Part shown: one piece after another, positions 26,070 to 34,910 of the stretch
Layout: each line of letters opens with the position of its first letter
How positions within the stretch are numbered: the stretch's first letter is position 1
DNA from: an uncultured archaeon
GTDB taxonomy: Archaea > Micrarchaeota > Micrarchaeia > CABMEP01
Direction: 5' to 3'
Length of the DNA: 44,911 nucleotides
NCBI GenBank assembly: GCA_902385155.1
Contig: CABMEP010000004.1
Coordinates: 1-44,911, forward strand
Notes under the pieces: model-generated
Told to the model about the DNA's origin: nothing
Database searches by the model: none
The model's input: only the letters and a program-made list of their open reading frames with translations
Program-made: the position numbers and the translations under genes

Positions 26070-26513
26070 ATGGCAAGAAGGAAACCTGCTAGATACAATA
26101 AGTTCCTCGCCACCAGGACCTGGGGCGCGGGGAACACCAAGAACAGGAGAGGCAAGGGCAGCCGGGGAGGCAAGGGCTATGCCGGCTCCCACAAGCACCG
26201 CTGGGCATGGATACTCAAGTACGAGCCGGAGCACTTCGGCAGGCACGGATTCGTCAACAGGAACGCGTCCCCGAAGCTGGACGCCACTAACATCAGCGCC
26301 ATCGAGAGCCAGGCTCTCGGGGGCAAGCTGAAGAAGGAGGGCGGCATGCTCGCATTCGATTTCAACGGCAAGATCCTCGGCGCAGGCAACATCACCATGC
26401 CCGTGCATGTCAAGGCCAAGGCGTTCTCCGAGAGCGCGAAGGCCAAGATCGAGAAGGCCGGCGGCAAGATAGAATTAAAAGGAAGTAAGTTACAAAAGGA
26501 AGTCAATAATTGA
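26070..26513 (+). CDS. rpl15: 50S ribosomal protein L15 (uL15)
   Basis: RGKGSRGGKGYAGSHKHRW...HFGRHGF. Confidence 0.94.
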   Translation: MARRKPARYNKFLATRTWGAGNTKNRRGKGSRGGKGYAGSHKHRWAWILKYEPEHFGRHGFVNRNASPKLDATNISAIESQALGGKLKKEGGMLAFDFNGKILGAGNITMPVHVKAKAFSESAKAKIEKAGGKIELKGSKLQKEVNN

Positions 26514-26538
26514 TCAACGATCAACTTAAGGTGACTTC

Positions 26539-27981
26539 TTGAAACTCGACTTCATCGAACCGCTGGTGCCATTCCTACCCGAGGTGCAGGCGCCCGCAAG
26601 GCCGCCCGCGCTGACGGAGAAGATATTCTGGACGGCAGTGGTGCTGTTCCTATTCTACGTGATGTACCACGTAGTGCCGTTCGGAGCCGAGATCAGGGGC
26701 GGCGCGTTCGTGGAGTTCATCCAGACCGTGCTCGCCAGCAGGACCGGAACCCTCCTGAAGATCGGTATCGGCCCAATCATCCTCGCTTCCATCTTCCTCC
26801 AGCTGTTCTCGGGAGCCAAGATCATCGAGGTCAATTTCCAGGAGCCCAGGGACAAGGCGATGTTCAACGCCACCCAGAAGACGCTCGCCATACTCCTCGC
26901 GATCATCGAGACGGTGCTGTTCGTCCTGCCCGGCGTATACCTCGGGCCGGACGCGAGTTTCGGCAACCCCGGCCTCGTAATGGGGCTCATCATCGCGCAG
27001 ATCGCCTTCACGTCGATACTCCTCATGTTCCTCGACGAAGTGGTGTCCAAGTACGGCATCGGCTCCGGAATCTCGCTGTTCATCGCGGCGGGTGTGGCGC
27101 TCGCTGTCGTGCAGGGTAGCTTCACCCTCATATTCGGAGGAACCGGAGTGGACGCAGGCCAGACAGTCATGGGGCGTCTCGCCGCAGGCGGCGCGACGGC
27201 GATCCCGAACGCCATCATAGCGTTCCTGCCGATCGTCTTCATGTTCGTGATCATCATCCTCTCGCTCTACGCAGAGGGGGTGCGCGTCGAGATCCCATTG
27301 TCGTTCAGGGGATTCGGCAGCAGGTTCCCCGTGAAGCTGCTGTACGTCTCAGTCCTTCCCGTCATCCTCACTTCGGCATTGCTGATGAACGTCCAATTGC
27401 TGTCCAGGTCGCTCCTGTTCAACGCGAACTGGGACGTCGGAGGGACGAACATCGCGCAGTATCTCGGAGTGGTCGATGCCAACGGCATACTCAGGGACGG
27501 CGCATTATACTTCATCTCGCCGCTGCAGAACCCCCTCTATGTCGGCTCGTATGAAGGGTATCTCGCCCAGTTGGCGGGATCCACGCCGGTATTCGGCATA
27601 CCCGAATGGGCCCATGTCCTCGGTTATACGGTCATCTATGTGATCATGTGCGTGGTATTCGGGCAGTTCTGGCTCGAGGCATCGGGCATGAGCGCGTCCG
27701 CGGTGGCTAAGCAGATCACCACCACAGGACTATCGATCCCAGGATTCCGCAGCGACCCCCGCATCGTGGAGCAGCTGCTGGACAAGTACATCAGCACCAT
27801 CGCAGTCCTGGGCAGCATGTTCGTCGGGCTCCTCGCGGTGCTCGCCGACATCACTGGCGCCATCGGAACGGGCACAGGCATACTGCTGACCGTGAGCATC
27901 GTCGCCAAATTCTACGAAGACTTCAAGCAGCAGAACCTGCTGGACATGTATCCGGGGATACAGAAGTTCCTCGGGGGCTGA
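26539..27981 (+). CDS. secY: preprotein translocase subunit SecY (TTG start)
   Basis: About 10 TM segments, LPEV..P......EKIFWT N-terminus, canonical position after L15. TTG 26539 follows GGTGACTTC. Confidence 0.93.
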   Translation: MKLDFIEPLVPFLPEVQAPARPPALTEKIFWTAVVLFLFYVMYHVVPFGAEIRGGAFVEFIQTVLASRTGTLLKIGIGPIILASIFLQLFSGAKIIEVNFQEPRDKAMFNATQKTLAILLAIIETVLFVLPGVYLGPDASFGNPGLVMGLIIAQIAFTSILLMFLDEVVSKYGIGSGISLFIAAGVALAVVQGSFTLIFGGTGVDAGQTVMGRLAAGGATAIPNAIIAFLPIVFMFVIIILSLYAEGVRVEIPLSFRGFGSRFPVKLLYVSVLPVILTSALLMNVQLLSRSLLFNANWDVGGTNIAQYLGVVDANGILRDGALYFISPLQNPLYVGSYEGYLAQLAGSTPVFGIPEWAHVLGYTVIYVIMCVVFGQFWLEASGMSASAVAKQITTTGLSIPGFRSDPRIVEQLLDKYISTIAVLGSMFVGLLAVLADITGAIGTGTGILLTVSIVAKFYEDFKQQNLLDMYPGIQKFLGG

Positions 27982-27986
27982 GATCC

Positions 27987-28547
27987 ATGCTAGTGGTCAT
28001 GGGGCTTCCCGGCGTCGGCAAATCATCCGTACTCAAGGGCGCACTGGAAGGGAGGGACATCAAGGTCATCAATTACGGCGACGTGGCGATCGAGGTCGCG
28101 AAGAAGAGGAAGATGACGACCGATCGCGACGCCCTCATCTCCCTGCCCGTGAAGGCGCATCTCGAGCTGCAGGACGCCGTCGTGGCGCAGCTGAAGGACG
28201 CGCCGAAGACCATACTGGACACCCATGCCGTCCTGAAGCGGAGGCCCTCCGGCTACATCCCGGGCCTGACGCCGTCGCTGTTCAAGAAGGTCACGATAGA
28301 CGCGCTCGTGTTCATAGATGCGCCATCCGACGAGATCGCCAGGCGCAGGAAGGCGGATCCGGCGCGCGCCCGGCCCGCGATGACCGTTGAGGAGCTGGAC
28401 GAGATCAGGCGCTTCTCCCTGTCCGCGATCAGCGTCTACTCCGCGTCGACCGGCGCCCCGATCTACGTGATCACCAACAGGGAAGGCAGGTCCAAGGAAG
28501 CGATCCGGGGCCTGAGGGACATATTCGACTCCCTCGGCTGGGAATGA
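27987..28547 (+). CDS. adkA: archaeal-type adenylate kinase
   Basis: P-loop MGLPGVGKSS, correct length and canonical position after secY. Confidence 0.85.
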   Translation: MLVVMGLPGVGKSSVLKGALEGRDIKVINYGDVAIEVAKKRKMTTDRDALISLPVKAHLELQDAVVAQLKDAPKTILDTHAVLKRRPSGYIPGLTPSLFKKVTIDALVFIDAPSDEIARRRKADPARARPAMTVEELDEIRRFSLSAISVYSASTGAPIYVITNREGRSKEAIRGLRDIFDSLGWE

Positions 28548-28622
28548 ACCCCGGGCGTGCCCAACAAACACATTTAAATCAGCCAAGCGCATAGTATGCT
28601 CATAATCTTCAGTGATAGTGGT

Positions 28623-29129
28623 ATGATGGAATTCGCGATAATATCCATAATCGGCATCGTTGCGTCCCTTGCGATAGCGTTCGTGCTGAACAAGCTCGGC
28701 ATCAGCGCCAGGCTCAAGGAGATACAGACGCTCACCAACAAGGTGAACAAGGACTACTTCGACGCCCTGAAGAAGAAGGACATGAAGCGCCTGGACGAGC
28801 TCGACATCAAGATGAAGGAGTCGCAGCAGATGTCCATGGAGACCATAATGCTCCAGTTCAAGTCGATGGCGGTCACGCTGCCCGTGGCTTTCGGGCTCCC
28901 CTACCTGCTGCAGCATTTCCTGTTCCCGGCGTTCATCATCACGCTGCCGTTCCAGATACCCATTCCGTTCAGGCCTGACTTCTTCTCCCTGACATGGAGG
29001 GACACGTTCGGCGCGTACGGATGGTTCTGGCTCTCGTTCATATTCCTCGGCGGGTTCGCCCAGGTCGTGAAGGGGCAGCTTCAGAAGAAGCCGGCGGCCA
29101 AGACCGACGGCAAGGACCAGAAGAAGTGA
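28623..29129 (+). CDS. DUF106/EMC3-like (archaeal Oxa1-superfamily) membrane protein
   Basis: TM, coiled-coil (KDYFDALKKKDMKRLDELDIKMKESQQMSME), then TM architecture, in the canonical adk-DUF106-cmk position. Start taken at ATG 28623, preceded by GTGATAGTGGT. The track's ATG 28596 is an alternative. Confidence 0.75.
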   Translation: MMEFAIISIIGIVASLAIAFVLNKLGISARLKEIQTLTNKVNKDYFDALKKKDMKRLDELDIKMKESQQMSMETIMLQFKSMAVTLPVAFGLPYLLQHFLFPAFIITLPFQIPIPFRPDFFSLTWRDTFGAYGWFWLSFIFLGGFAQVVKGQLQKKPAAKTDGKDQKK

Positions 29130-29233
29130 CATCGCATCGCCCGCACGGGCAGTTGCATACGCTTTTATCCCTTCTTTTCCAAGGCAGCTACATGTAGCGC
29201 AGCCTTGCGCTCCAGTCATCAATCGGTGGTATC

Positions 29234-29758
29234 ATGGTGGAAATAATCTGCATCAGCGGCCTCGTCGGATCCGGCAAGGACAGCGTCGCGGACGTGGTCG
29301 CGGAGAGGCTGAAGTACCACCGAGTCAGGCTCACGTTCAAGGACGCCGCCCAGAGGATGGGCATCACGCTGATGGAGTACCACGCCTACGTCGAGAAGGA
29401 CCTTACCATCGACAAGGAGTTCGACAAGATGCAGATCAAGGAGGCGAGGAAAACCGATTCCATCCTCTCCACCTGGCTCAGCGGATGGCTCGTCAAGGAC
29501 GCGGCCATCAGGGTATGGCTCGAGGCGTCCTCGAAGGCGCGCGCGGAGCGGATATCGAAGCGCGACGGGATGAGCAAGGCGAAGGCGCTGAAGCACGTCA
29601 ACGAGAGGGACATGCACAATCGCGGCAGGTACATGGCGCTCTACGGGGTGGACATCTACGACCACTCCAACTTCGACATCATCATCAACACTGAGAAGTA
29701 CTCCGTGGACCAGATCGCGGACATCGTCGTCGCGGCCTACAGGAGCAGGAAGCGCTGA
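29234..29758 (+). CDS. cmk: cytidylate (CMP) kinase, archaeal type
   Basis: P-loop ISGLVGSGKDSVA plus operon position. Confidence 0.85.
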   Translation: MVEIICISGLVGSGKDSVADVVAERLKYHRVRLTFKDAAQRMGITLMEYHAYVEKDLTIDKEFDKMQIKEARKTDSILSTWLSGWLVKDAAIRVWLEASSKARAERISKRDGMSKAKALKHVNERDMHNRGRYMALYGVDIYDHSNFDIIINTEKYSVDQIADIVVAAYRSRKR

Positions 29759-29828
29759 GCGCGCAATCATTTAAAACGCTTGACGCGATAATACAACCTT
29801 GAGTTCTATACTCATAAATGGTGGTTTC

Positions 29829-30044
29829 ATGATCGATGCTGGAAGAGTATGCACTAAGAAGACTGGAAGGGACACGGGAGAGAGATGCGTGATCATCAAC
29901 GTCCTCGACGACACGTTCGTCGAGATCGTCACGAAGGGCAGGAAGCAGGCCCGCAAGGTGAACATCTCGCACCTGGTGCCCCTCGACCAGACCGTCGACC
30001 CGAAGTCTGAGGAACAAATAAAAGCGGCTCTCTCCACAGCTTGA
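29829..30044 (+). CDS. rpl14e: 50S ribosomal protein L14e (eL14)
   Basis: KOW-like GRVCTKKTGRDTGERCVIINVLDDTFVEIV. ATG 29829 follows GGTGGTTTC. Confidence 0.85.
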   Translation: MIDAGRVCTKKTGRDTGERCVIINVLDDTFVEIVTKGRKQARKVNISHLVPLDQTVDPKSEEQIKAALSTA

Positions 30045-30045
30045 T

Positions 30046-31023
30046 ATGGCTGTGGTTCCGCTGACTTTTTTCAGGGGCAAGGCTTCGACCGACGAGCGTT
30101 ACGGCAAGCGTCCGGCCCAGCGCAGCATGGACGAGCTGCTGGCCTGCGGATTCGTCGTCGTCGACAAGCCGTGCGGCCCGAGCAGCCACCAGACCTCCGA
30201 CATGGTGAAGAGCCTCGTCGGGGCGAGCAAGGCGGGCCATCTCGGCACCTTGGATCCGAACGTTTCCGGCGTGCTGCCGGTGCTCCTCGGCCGCGCGCCC
30301 AGGGCGGCGTCGTTCCTCATGTCAGAGGACAAGGTCTACGTCGGAATAATGCAGTTCCAGGCCGACATCGGCGAGAAGGCGATACGCTCCGCCTTCGGCA
30401 AATTCGTAGGCGAGATAGAACAGCTGCCTCCCGTGAGGTCGGCTGTCGCCAGGCGTTTGAGGAAACGCACCATCCATTCATTGGAGATACTCGAGATCCA
30501 CGGGAGGGACGTTCTGTTCCGTTCCCATGTCGAGGCCGGCACCTACATCAGGAAGCTCGCGCACGACATCGGCAGGACGACGGGCAAGGGCGCGCATCTC
30601 GTCGAATTGAGGCGCACCGCCGTCGGCAGGATACCGGAGCAGTCATCGGCCAATCTGCATTCGATCTCGGAGGCGGCCTGGCTCTGGAAGGAGAAGAAGG
30701 ACGATTCCGCCCTCCGGCGGATCGTGTTCCCGCTCGAGCGCACCATCGACGTGATCGGCATGGGGCGGGTGAGGGTCATAGACAGCGCCGTCGATCCCGT
30801 CTGCTCCGGCGCGCAGCTGATGGCGCCAGGGATATCCAGCGCGGAATCGACGATAAAGGATGGCGATACGGTGGCGGTCATGACGCTCAAGGACGAGCTC
30901 GTCGCCTTCGGCACCGCCGCGATGACGCCGGACGAGATGATATCCGCCAAGGGCGGCGTCGCGGTCAAGACGGGCCGGGTCATCATGGAAAGAGGGATCT
31001 ATCCTCGTTGGACGAAGCAATAG
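30046..31023 (+). CDS. cbf5: tRNA/rRNA pseudouridine synthase Cbf5 (TruB family, H/ACA RNP catalytic subunit) with PUA domain
   Basis: VVVDKPCGPSSHQ...GHLGTLDPNVSGVLPVLLG (catalytic Asp motif). C-terminal PUA-like region (GDTVAVMTLKDELVAFGTA). Confidence 0.92.
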   Translation: MAVVPLTFFRGKASTDERYGKRPAQRSMDELLACGFVVVDKPCGPSSHQTSDMVKSLVGASKAGHLGTLDPNVSGVLPVLLGRAPRAASFLMSEDKVYVGIMQFQADIGEKAIRSAFGKFVGEIEQLPPVRSAVARRLRKRTIHSLEILEIHGRDVLFRSHVEAGTYIRKLAHDIGRTTGKGAHLVELRRTAVGRIPEQSSANLHSISEAAWLWKEKKDDSALRRIVFPLERTIDVIGMGRVRVIDSAVDPVCSGAQLMAPGISSAESTIKDGDTVAVMTLKDELVAFGTAAMTPDEMISAKGGVAVKTGRVIMERGIYPRWTKQ

Positions 31024-31103
31024 ACTGATCTGTTTGGTGCGGATAATATCATCCGAAATGAGGTCTCATTCTGGTTATAAACACTATTTTCAGCGTATTC
31101 ATT

Positions 31104-31925
31104 ATGAGGAAGAGACGTACAATCGAAGACATGCAAGCGCTAGCCTTGTCGAAACATGGGCGTTGCATTTCATCTGGACTCAAAAATGTCCATTCTAAAC
31201 TCAAATGGCAATGCAGCGAAGGGCATGAGTGGGAAACGAAAGCTTATCACGTATGTCAGGGGCATTGGTGCCCTTACTGTTCCCGTAACGTCAGTGAAAG
31301 AATCTGCCGTAAATTCTTCGAGACGATTTTCGGAGAGTCGTTCCCTAAATCCAGGCCTAAATGGCTGATGGGTCAGGCAGGCAAGCCATTAGAATTGGAT
31401 GGCTACTGCGAGAAGCTCAGCCTTGCGTTCGAATACAACGGGATTCAACATTACAAGACGTCTCGTATCTTCCATACTGCGAGAAATTTGGAAGGCCAAA
31501 AACGTTCAGATGCATTGAAAAGGGAGATATGTGCGGAGAACCACGTCATGCTGATAGAAGTCCCGCACGAAATCGGTTTTGAGTGTATGACAGGATATAT
31601 CCTTGCAGAATGCAGGAAGAAAGGTGTGGCTTTACCTGCACACATTCCGACTATTGATTTTAGGAATTTCGATGTCTATTCGACAAATAAAGAACGAGCA
31701 GACGAGATGAGAGACATCGTCAAGAAGAAAGGCGGGGCATTCCTAACCGGGCGCTATATTAATTGTCGAACCAAACATGTTTGGCAATGCGAAAAAGGGC
31801 ACATATGGGCGACTACTCCACGGCACATTAAGCAAGGTAAGTGGTGTCCTAGATGTGCGATAATCAAAATGCGTGAACGTTTGAAGGGAAAGAGACGAAA
31901 AACGTCCATCCAATCGATCTGCTAA
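31104..31925 (+). CDS. Zn-ribbon / PD-(D/E)XK-like nuclease-fold / Zn-ribbon protein (putative selfish or horizontally acquired gene)
   Basis: Two copies of W-x-C-x2-GH-x-W...G-x-WCP-x-C (WQCSEGHEWETKAYHVCQGHWCPYC and WQCEKGHIWATTPRHIKQGKWCPRC) flank LELDGYCEKLSLAFEYNGIQHY, a D...E-x-x-G-x-QH nuclease-like core. The region looks more A/T-rich than its flanks. Confidence 0.5.
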   Translation: MRKRRTIEDMQALALSKHGRCISSGLKNVHSKLKWQCSEGHEWETKAYHVCQGHWCPYCSRNVSERICRKFFETIFGESFPKSRPKWLMGQAGKPLELDGYCEKLSLAFEYNGIQHYKTSRIFHTARNLEGQKRSDALKREICAENHVMLIEVPHEIGFECMTGYILAECRKKGVALPAHIPTIDFRNFDVYSTNKERADEMRDIVKKKGGAFLTGRYINCRTKHVWQCEKGHIWATTPRHIKQGKWCPRCAIIKMRERLKGKRRKTSIQSIC

Positions 31926-31930
31926 ATTAG

Positions 31931-31938
31931 ATTTAAAT
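31931..31938 (+). promoter_or_regulatory. TATA box (TTTAAATA) about 25 nt upstream of the tRNA 5' end
   Basis: Canonical archaeal TATA spacing relative to G1 at 31963. Confidence 0.5.
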
Positions 31939-31962
31939 ATTGGAGCACTCCTATTCTATCTG

Positions 31963-32102
31963 TGCGGAGTTCGCATAACCTGGTAGTGCGCAAGAGGACT
32001 TTTAACGAGTTCAATCGTTAACTGTTCTGCGAACCTGGAAACTATCGGGCCGGGAAGCTTGTGGTCTTAATCGGCCGTGTGGGTTCAAATCCCACACTCC
32101 GC
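31963..32102 (+). tRNA. tRNA gene with about 62-nt intervening sequence. Isotype unresolved; best guess Thr(UGU).
   Basis: Acceptor GCGGAGT/ACTCCGC plus discriminator G. D-arm GCAT-AACCTGGTA-GTGC (U8, A14, G18G19, A21). T-arm GTGGG-TTCAAAT-CCCAC. A15:U48 pair possible. 88 nt lie between G26 and the T-stem where 22 are expected. Removing 31995-32056 gives CAAGA-CUUGUGG-UCUUA. Confidence 0.6.
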
Positions 32103-32107
32103 GCTCC

Positions 32108-32115
32108 CTTTTTCT
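32108..32115 (+). terminator. T-tract immediately after the tRNA 3' end
   Basis: TTTTTCTT follows the discriminator within 6 nt. Oligo-T tracts act as archaeal terminators. Confidence 0.4.
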
Positions 32116-32185
32116 TCGAAAATGCGTGCCCCAGCTTCAGCAAGGTATTTATTCCTCCGAAGGCTATGATTTCCAGGGTGTGTTG

Positions 32186-32842
32186 ATGTACGGTGACATT
32201 GCTCGACTGAACGACGCCAAGTCCCATGGGGACGCGCCGGTGCCGAAGAGGGATCCCGAGCTGCTGTTCTCCAGGATCAAGAGGATGTCCCCGAAGCTCA
32301 AGCCGCTCGCGATGGCGCTGAACAGCGGAAACGGCGGCAGAAGGGAATGGGCCACTGCGAGGCTCGCGCGCGCCAGCCCAAGGGCCGATCTGCTGCTTTA
32401 CCTCACCATATCGCACGGGGATCCGATGGCGCGCGCGGCTGCCGCGGAAGCGGTGTGCAAGATGGTGCGATTAGGGCTGAAGGGCACCTGCGTATTGAGC
32501 CTGACGCCAGCGCTGAACGACGACTGCCCCTATGTCCGGTGGAGGACGATCGCCGAGATAGGCAAGATGGGCCCGAAATCGGCGCATTTCGTCAAGGAGA
32601 TGTTCAACGGGCTTCATGATCCGTCGGATACGGTCCGCGTCCAGGCGGCCAAGGCGATAGCGGCCACCTATCGCAGGCCGCGCAGCAACTATCCGGATGA
32701 CATAAAAGAGCTGAAGGAATTGTCGTCGAAGGAGGCGGATCCGTACGTCCGAAGCGAGATGCGCGCCGCGCTGAACAAGGCGGAGCTCGAGTACGGGCTG
32801 TTCAAGGACAAGTTCCTCAATCCGGTAAAATACAGGAGATGA
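32186..32842 (+). CDS. HEAT-repeat (PBS-lyase-like) protein, second copy in the window
   Basis: Repeats ARAAAAEAVCKM, YVRWRTIAEIGKMG, VRVQAAKAIA and YVRSEMRAAL. ATG 32186 lies about 32 nt after TATTTATT. Confidence 0.65.
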   Translation: MYGDIARLNDAKSHGDAPVPKRDPELLFSRIKRMSPKLKPLAMALNSGNGGRREWATARLARASPRADLLLYLTISHGDPMARAAAAEAVCKMVRLGLKGTCVLSLTPALNDDCPYVRWRTIAEIGKMGPKSAHFVKEMFNGLHDPSDTVRVQAAKAIAATYRRPRSNYPDDIKELKELSSKEADPYVRSEMRAALNKAELEYGLFKDKFLNPVKYRR

Positions 32843-32913
32843 TGCGATTCGGCCCGGAAAACGCCGTCTGAAGGGACCCTAACCTCGAAGGCGGAGCTCC
32901 AGTCAAGGCAACG

Positions 32914-32920
32914 TTTAAAA
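32914..32920 (+). promoter_or_regulatory. TATA-like element (TTTAAAA) upstream of the S13 operon
   Basis: Only strong A/T box in the 185-nt gap before rps13. It implies a leader of about 80 nt. Confidence 0.35.
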
Positions 32921-33027
32921 GGCTGTTTGTGGTATGTAATAGATAGTTTCTCGCAGTTTTTTGTTCACACGGACTGTTGAGACGTTCGACGGACTGTTCT
33001 ATTTGTCCGATTTCCAGAGTGAATTAA

Positions 33028-33612
33028 ATGGCTAAGAATCAAGATATCAAAGGCAATGCTCCCCCGAAGGGCGCAGAGCAGAAGGAAGAGATGAGAGGTA
33101 TCGTCCACCTCATAGGCAAGGACGTCAAGGGTCAGGTGCCGCTCTCAGCCGCGCTCAGGCAGGTGAAGGGCGTAGGCGTCAGGCTCTCTGTCATTTTCGC
33201 TGACATCATATCCAAGGAGCTGTCCATCCCCAAGGACACCCCGATCGGAACTCTTTCCGAGGCCCAGGTCGACGAGGTCGAGAAAATCGTCAAGAACCCG
33301 CTGGCCAAGGGAGTCCCGGTCTATCTCCTGAACAGGAGGAAGGATCTCGAGACAGGGAAGGACGTGCACATCTCCGGCAGCGACGTCGTGTTCTCCATGC
33401 GCAACGACATCGAGCGCGAGAAGGCTATCTACACCTGGAAGGGCTACCGCCACGCCTACGGACAGAAGGTCCGCGGCCAGGGCACACGCACCTCGGGCAG
33501 GAAGGGTCTGACCATGGGAGTCTCGAAGACCAAGCTGAAGGATGCCGCGGCAGCAGCCAAGGCAGCCCCGGCGAAGGGAGCCGCTCCAGCTGCGGCCCCG
33601 GCGAAGAAGTAA
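33028..33612 (+). CDS. rps13: 30S ribosomal protein S13 (uS13) with A/K/P-rich tail
   Basis: LRQVKGVGVRLSVIFADII...YRHAYGQKVRGQGTRTSGRKG. Confidence 0.94.
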   Translation: MAKNQDIKGNAPPKGAEQKEEMRGIVHLIGKDVKGQVPLSAALRQVKGVGVRLSVIFADIISKELSIPKDTPIGTLSEAQVDEVEKIVKNPLAKGVPVYLLNRRKDLETGKDVHISGSDVVFSMRNDIEREKAIYTWKGYRHAYGQKVRGQGTRTSGRKGLTMGVSKTKLKDAAAAAKAAPAKGAAPAAAPAKK

Positions 33613-33630
33613 TGATCCGAGTTGATATTT

Positions 33631-34293
33631 ATGGGAGACCCAAGAAAACTCAGGAAGAAGTATGAAGTCCCGCAGCAGATCTGGGACGACGCCAGGATCG
33701 CCGAGGAAGGCGGGATGGTCCAGGAGTACGGGCTGAAGAACGTCCGTGAGGTATGGACCGCCAAGGCCGAGCTCAGGAAGATCAGGACCCAGTACAAGAA
33801 CATGCTCGCGCTCGGAGAGAAGGCAGCCGACAAGAAAGCGGCCCTCCTCCAGAGGACGATCAACCTCGGATACTGCAAGCCGGCCGCCTCGGTCGACGAC
33901 ATCCTCTCTCTCACCACGAGGGACATCCTCGAGAGGAGGATCCAGACCATCGTGTTCAGGAACGGCCTCGCGAAGTCAGTGAAGCAGGCGAGTCAGCTCA
34001 TCACCCACGGTTTCATCTCTCTCGACGGGAGGAAAGTGAAGTCCCCTAGCTACCAGGTCCCTGTTTCAATCCAGGACAAGATTGGATACTATAAGCCCAT
34101 TACTATCGACGTCTCCGCGCCATCCGCGTCAGAGAAGAAGATGCAGGAGACGATCGAGGCGATCGACGCTCCAACCGCACCGGCAGCGCCGGAGAAGGCG
34201 GAAAACAAGGCGCCGGACGGGAAGGCCGAGAAGGCACCGGGCGAGAAGGCTGCCAAGCCGCATGCAGCGAAGCCGAAGCCGTCGAAAGAGTAA
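33631..34293 (+). CDS. rps4: 30S ribosomal protein S4 (uS4) with A/P/K/E-rich tail
   Basis: MGDPRKLRKKYEVPQQIWD and an S4 domain (LERRIQTIVFRNGLAKSVKQASQLITHGFISLDGRKV). Confidence 0.94.
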   Translation: MGDPRKLRKKYEVPQQIWDDARIAEEGGMVQEYGLKNVREVWTAKAELRKIRTQYKNMLALGEKAADKKAALLQRTINLGYCKPAASVDDILSLTTRDILERRIQTIVFRNGLAKSVKQASQLITHGFISLDGRKVKSPSYQVPVSIQDKIGYYKPITIDVSAPSASEKKMQETIEAIDAPTAPAAPEKAENKAPDGKAEKAPGEKAAKPHAAKPKPSKE

Positions 34294-34309
34294 ATAAAAA
34301 GTGATGTTC

Positions 34310-34876
34310 ATGGCAGACGAAAAAGTAGAGACGAAGGAAAAAGTTGAAGTCAAGGCCGAGGCGCCGAAGACCGAGACGAAGACCGAGGAAAGGCAGGAGC
34401 ACCGCGGCGGATACGGCGGACGCAGCAGTGGCGGCGGACGTTTCGGCGGACGCGGCGGATTCAGGTCGCGCTCAGTGCTGCCGTCATTGGCGCACGGAAA
34501 GGTCGGCGTAGCACACGTCTTCTCATCCAGGAACAACACAATAATCACGATAACAGACCTCACAGGAGGGGAGATCATCGCCCGCGGAAGCGGCGGGATG
34601 GTCGTCGATTCCGACCGTGAGGAGGGATCCCCGTACGCGGCCATGAGGGCCACGGCGAAGGCGGCGGAAATCGCCGTCAGGAAGGGCATCACCCGTATCA
34701 GGGTGAAGATCCGCGCGCCAGGCGGCCACGGCGAGAAGACGCCGGGTCCGGGGGCGCAGGCGGTCGTCCGAGCTCTCGCGAGGTCAGGACTCCGCATCGA
34801 GAGGATCGAGGACGTCACACCGGTGCCGACCGACACCACGAAGAGGCCGGGCGGACGCAGGGGACGCAGAGTTTGA
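34310..34876 (+). CDS. rps11: 30S ribosomal protein S11 (uS11) with K/E-rich plus RGG N-terminal extension
   Basis: [21 protein letters not shown]......GGM...DREE.SPYAA...A, ending [11 protein letters not shown]. Confidence 0.94.
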   Translation: MADEKVETKEKVEVKAEAPKTETKTEERQEHRGGYGGRSSGGGRFGGRGGFRSRSVLPSLAHGKVGVAHVFSSRNNTIITITDLTGGEIIARGSGGMVVDSDREEGSPYAAMRATAKAAEIAVRKGITRIRVKIRAPGGHGEKTPGPGAQAVVRALARSGLRIERIEDVTPVPTDTTKRPGGRRGRRV

Positions 34877-34910
34877 GTCGCATTAATCGAAGCATTGACA
34901 GGGTGCAAAA

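Noticed and set aside
28023-29222. 399-aa minus-strand ORF
   Set aside because: Antisense to adk and the DUF106 gene, with no start context or motifs.
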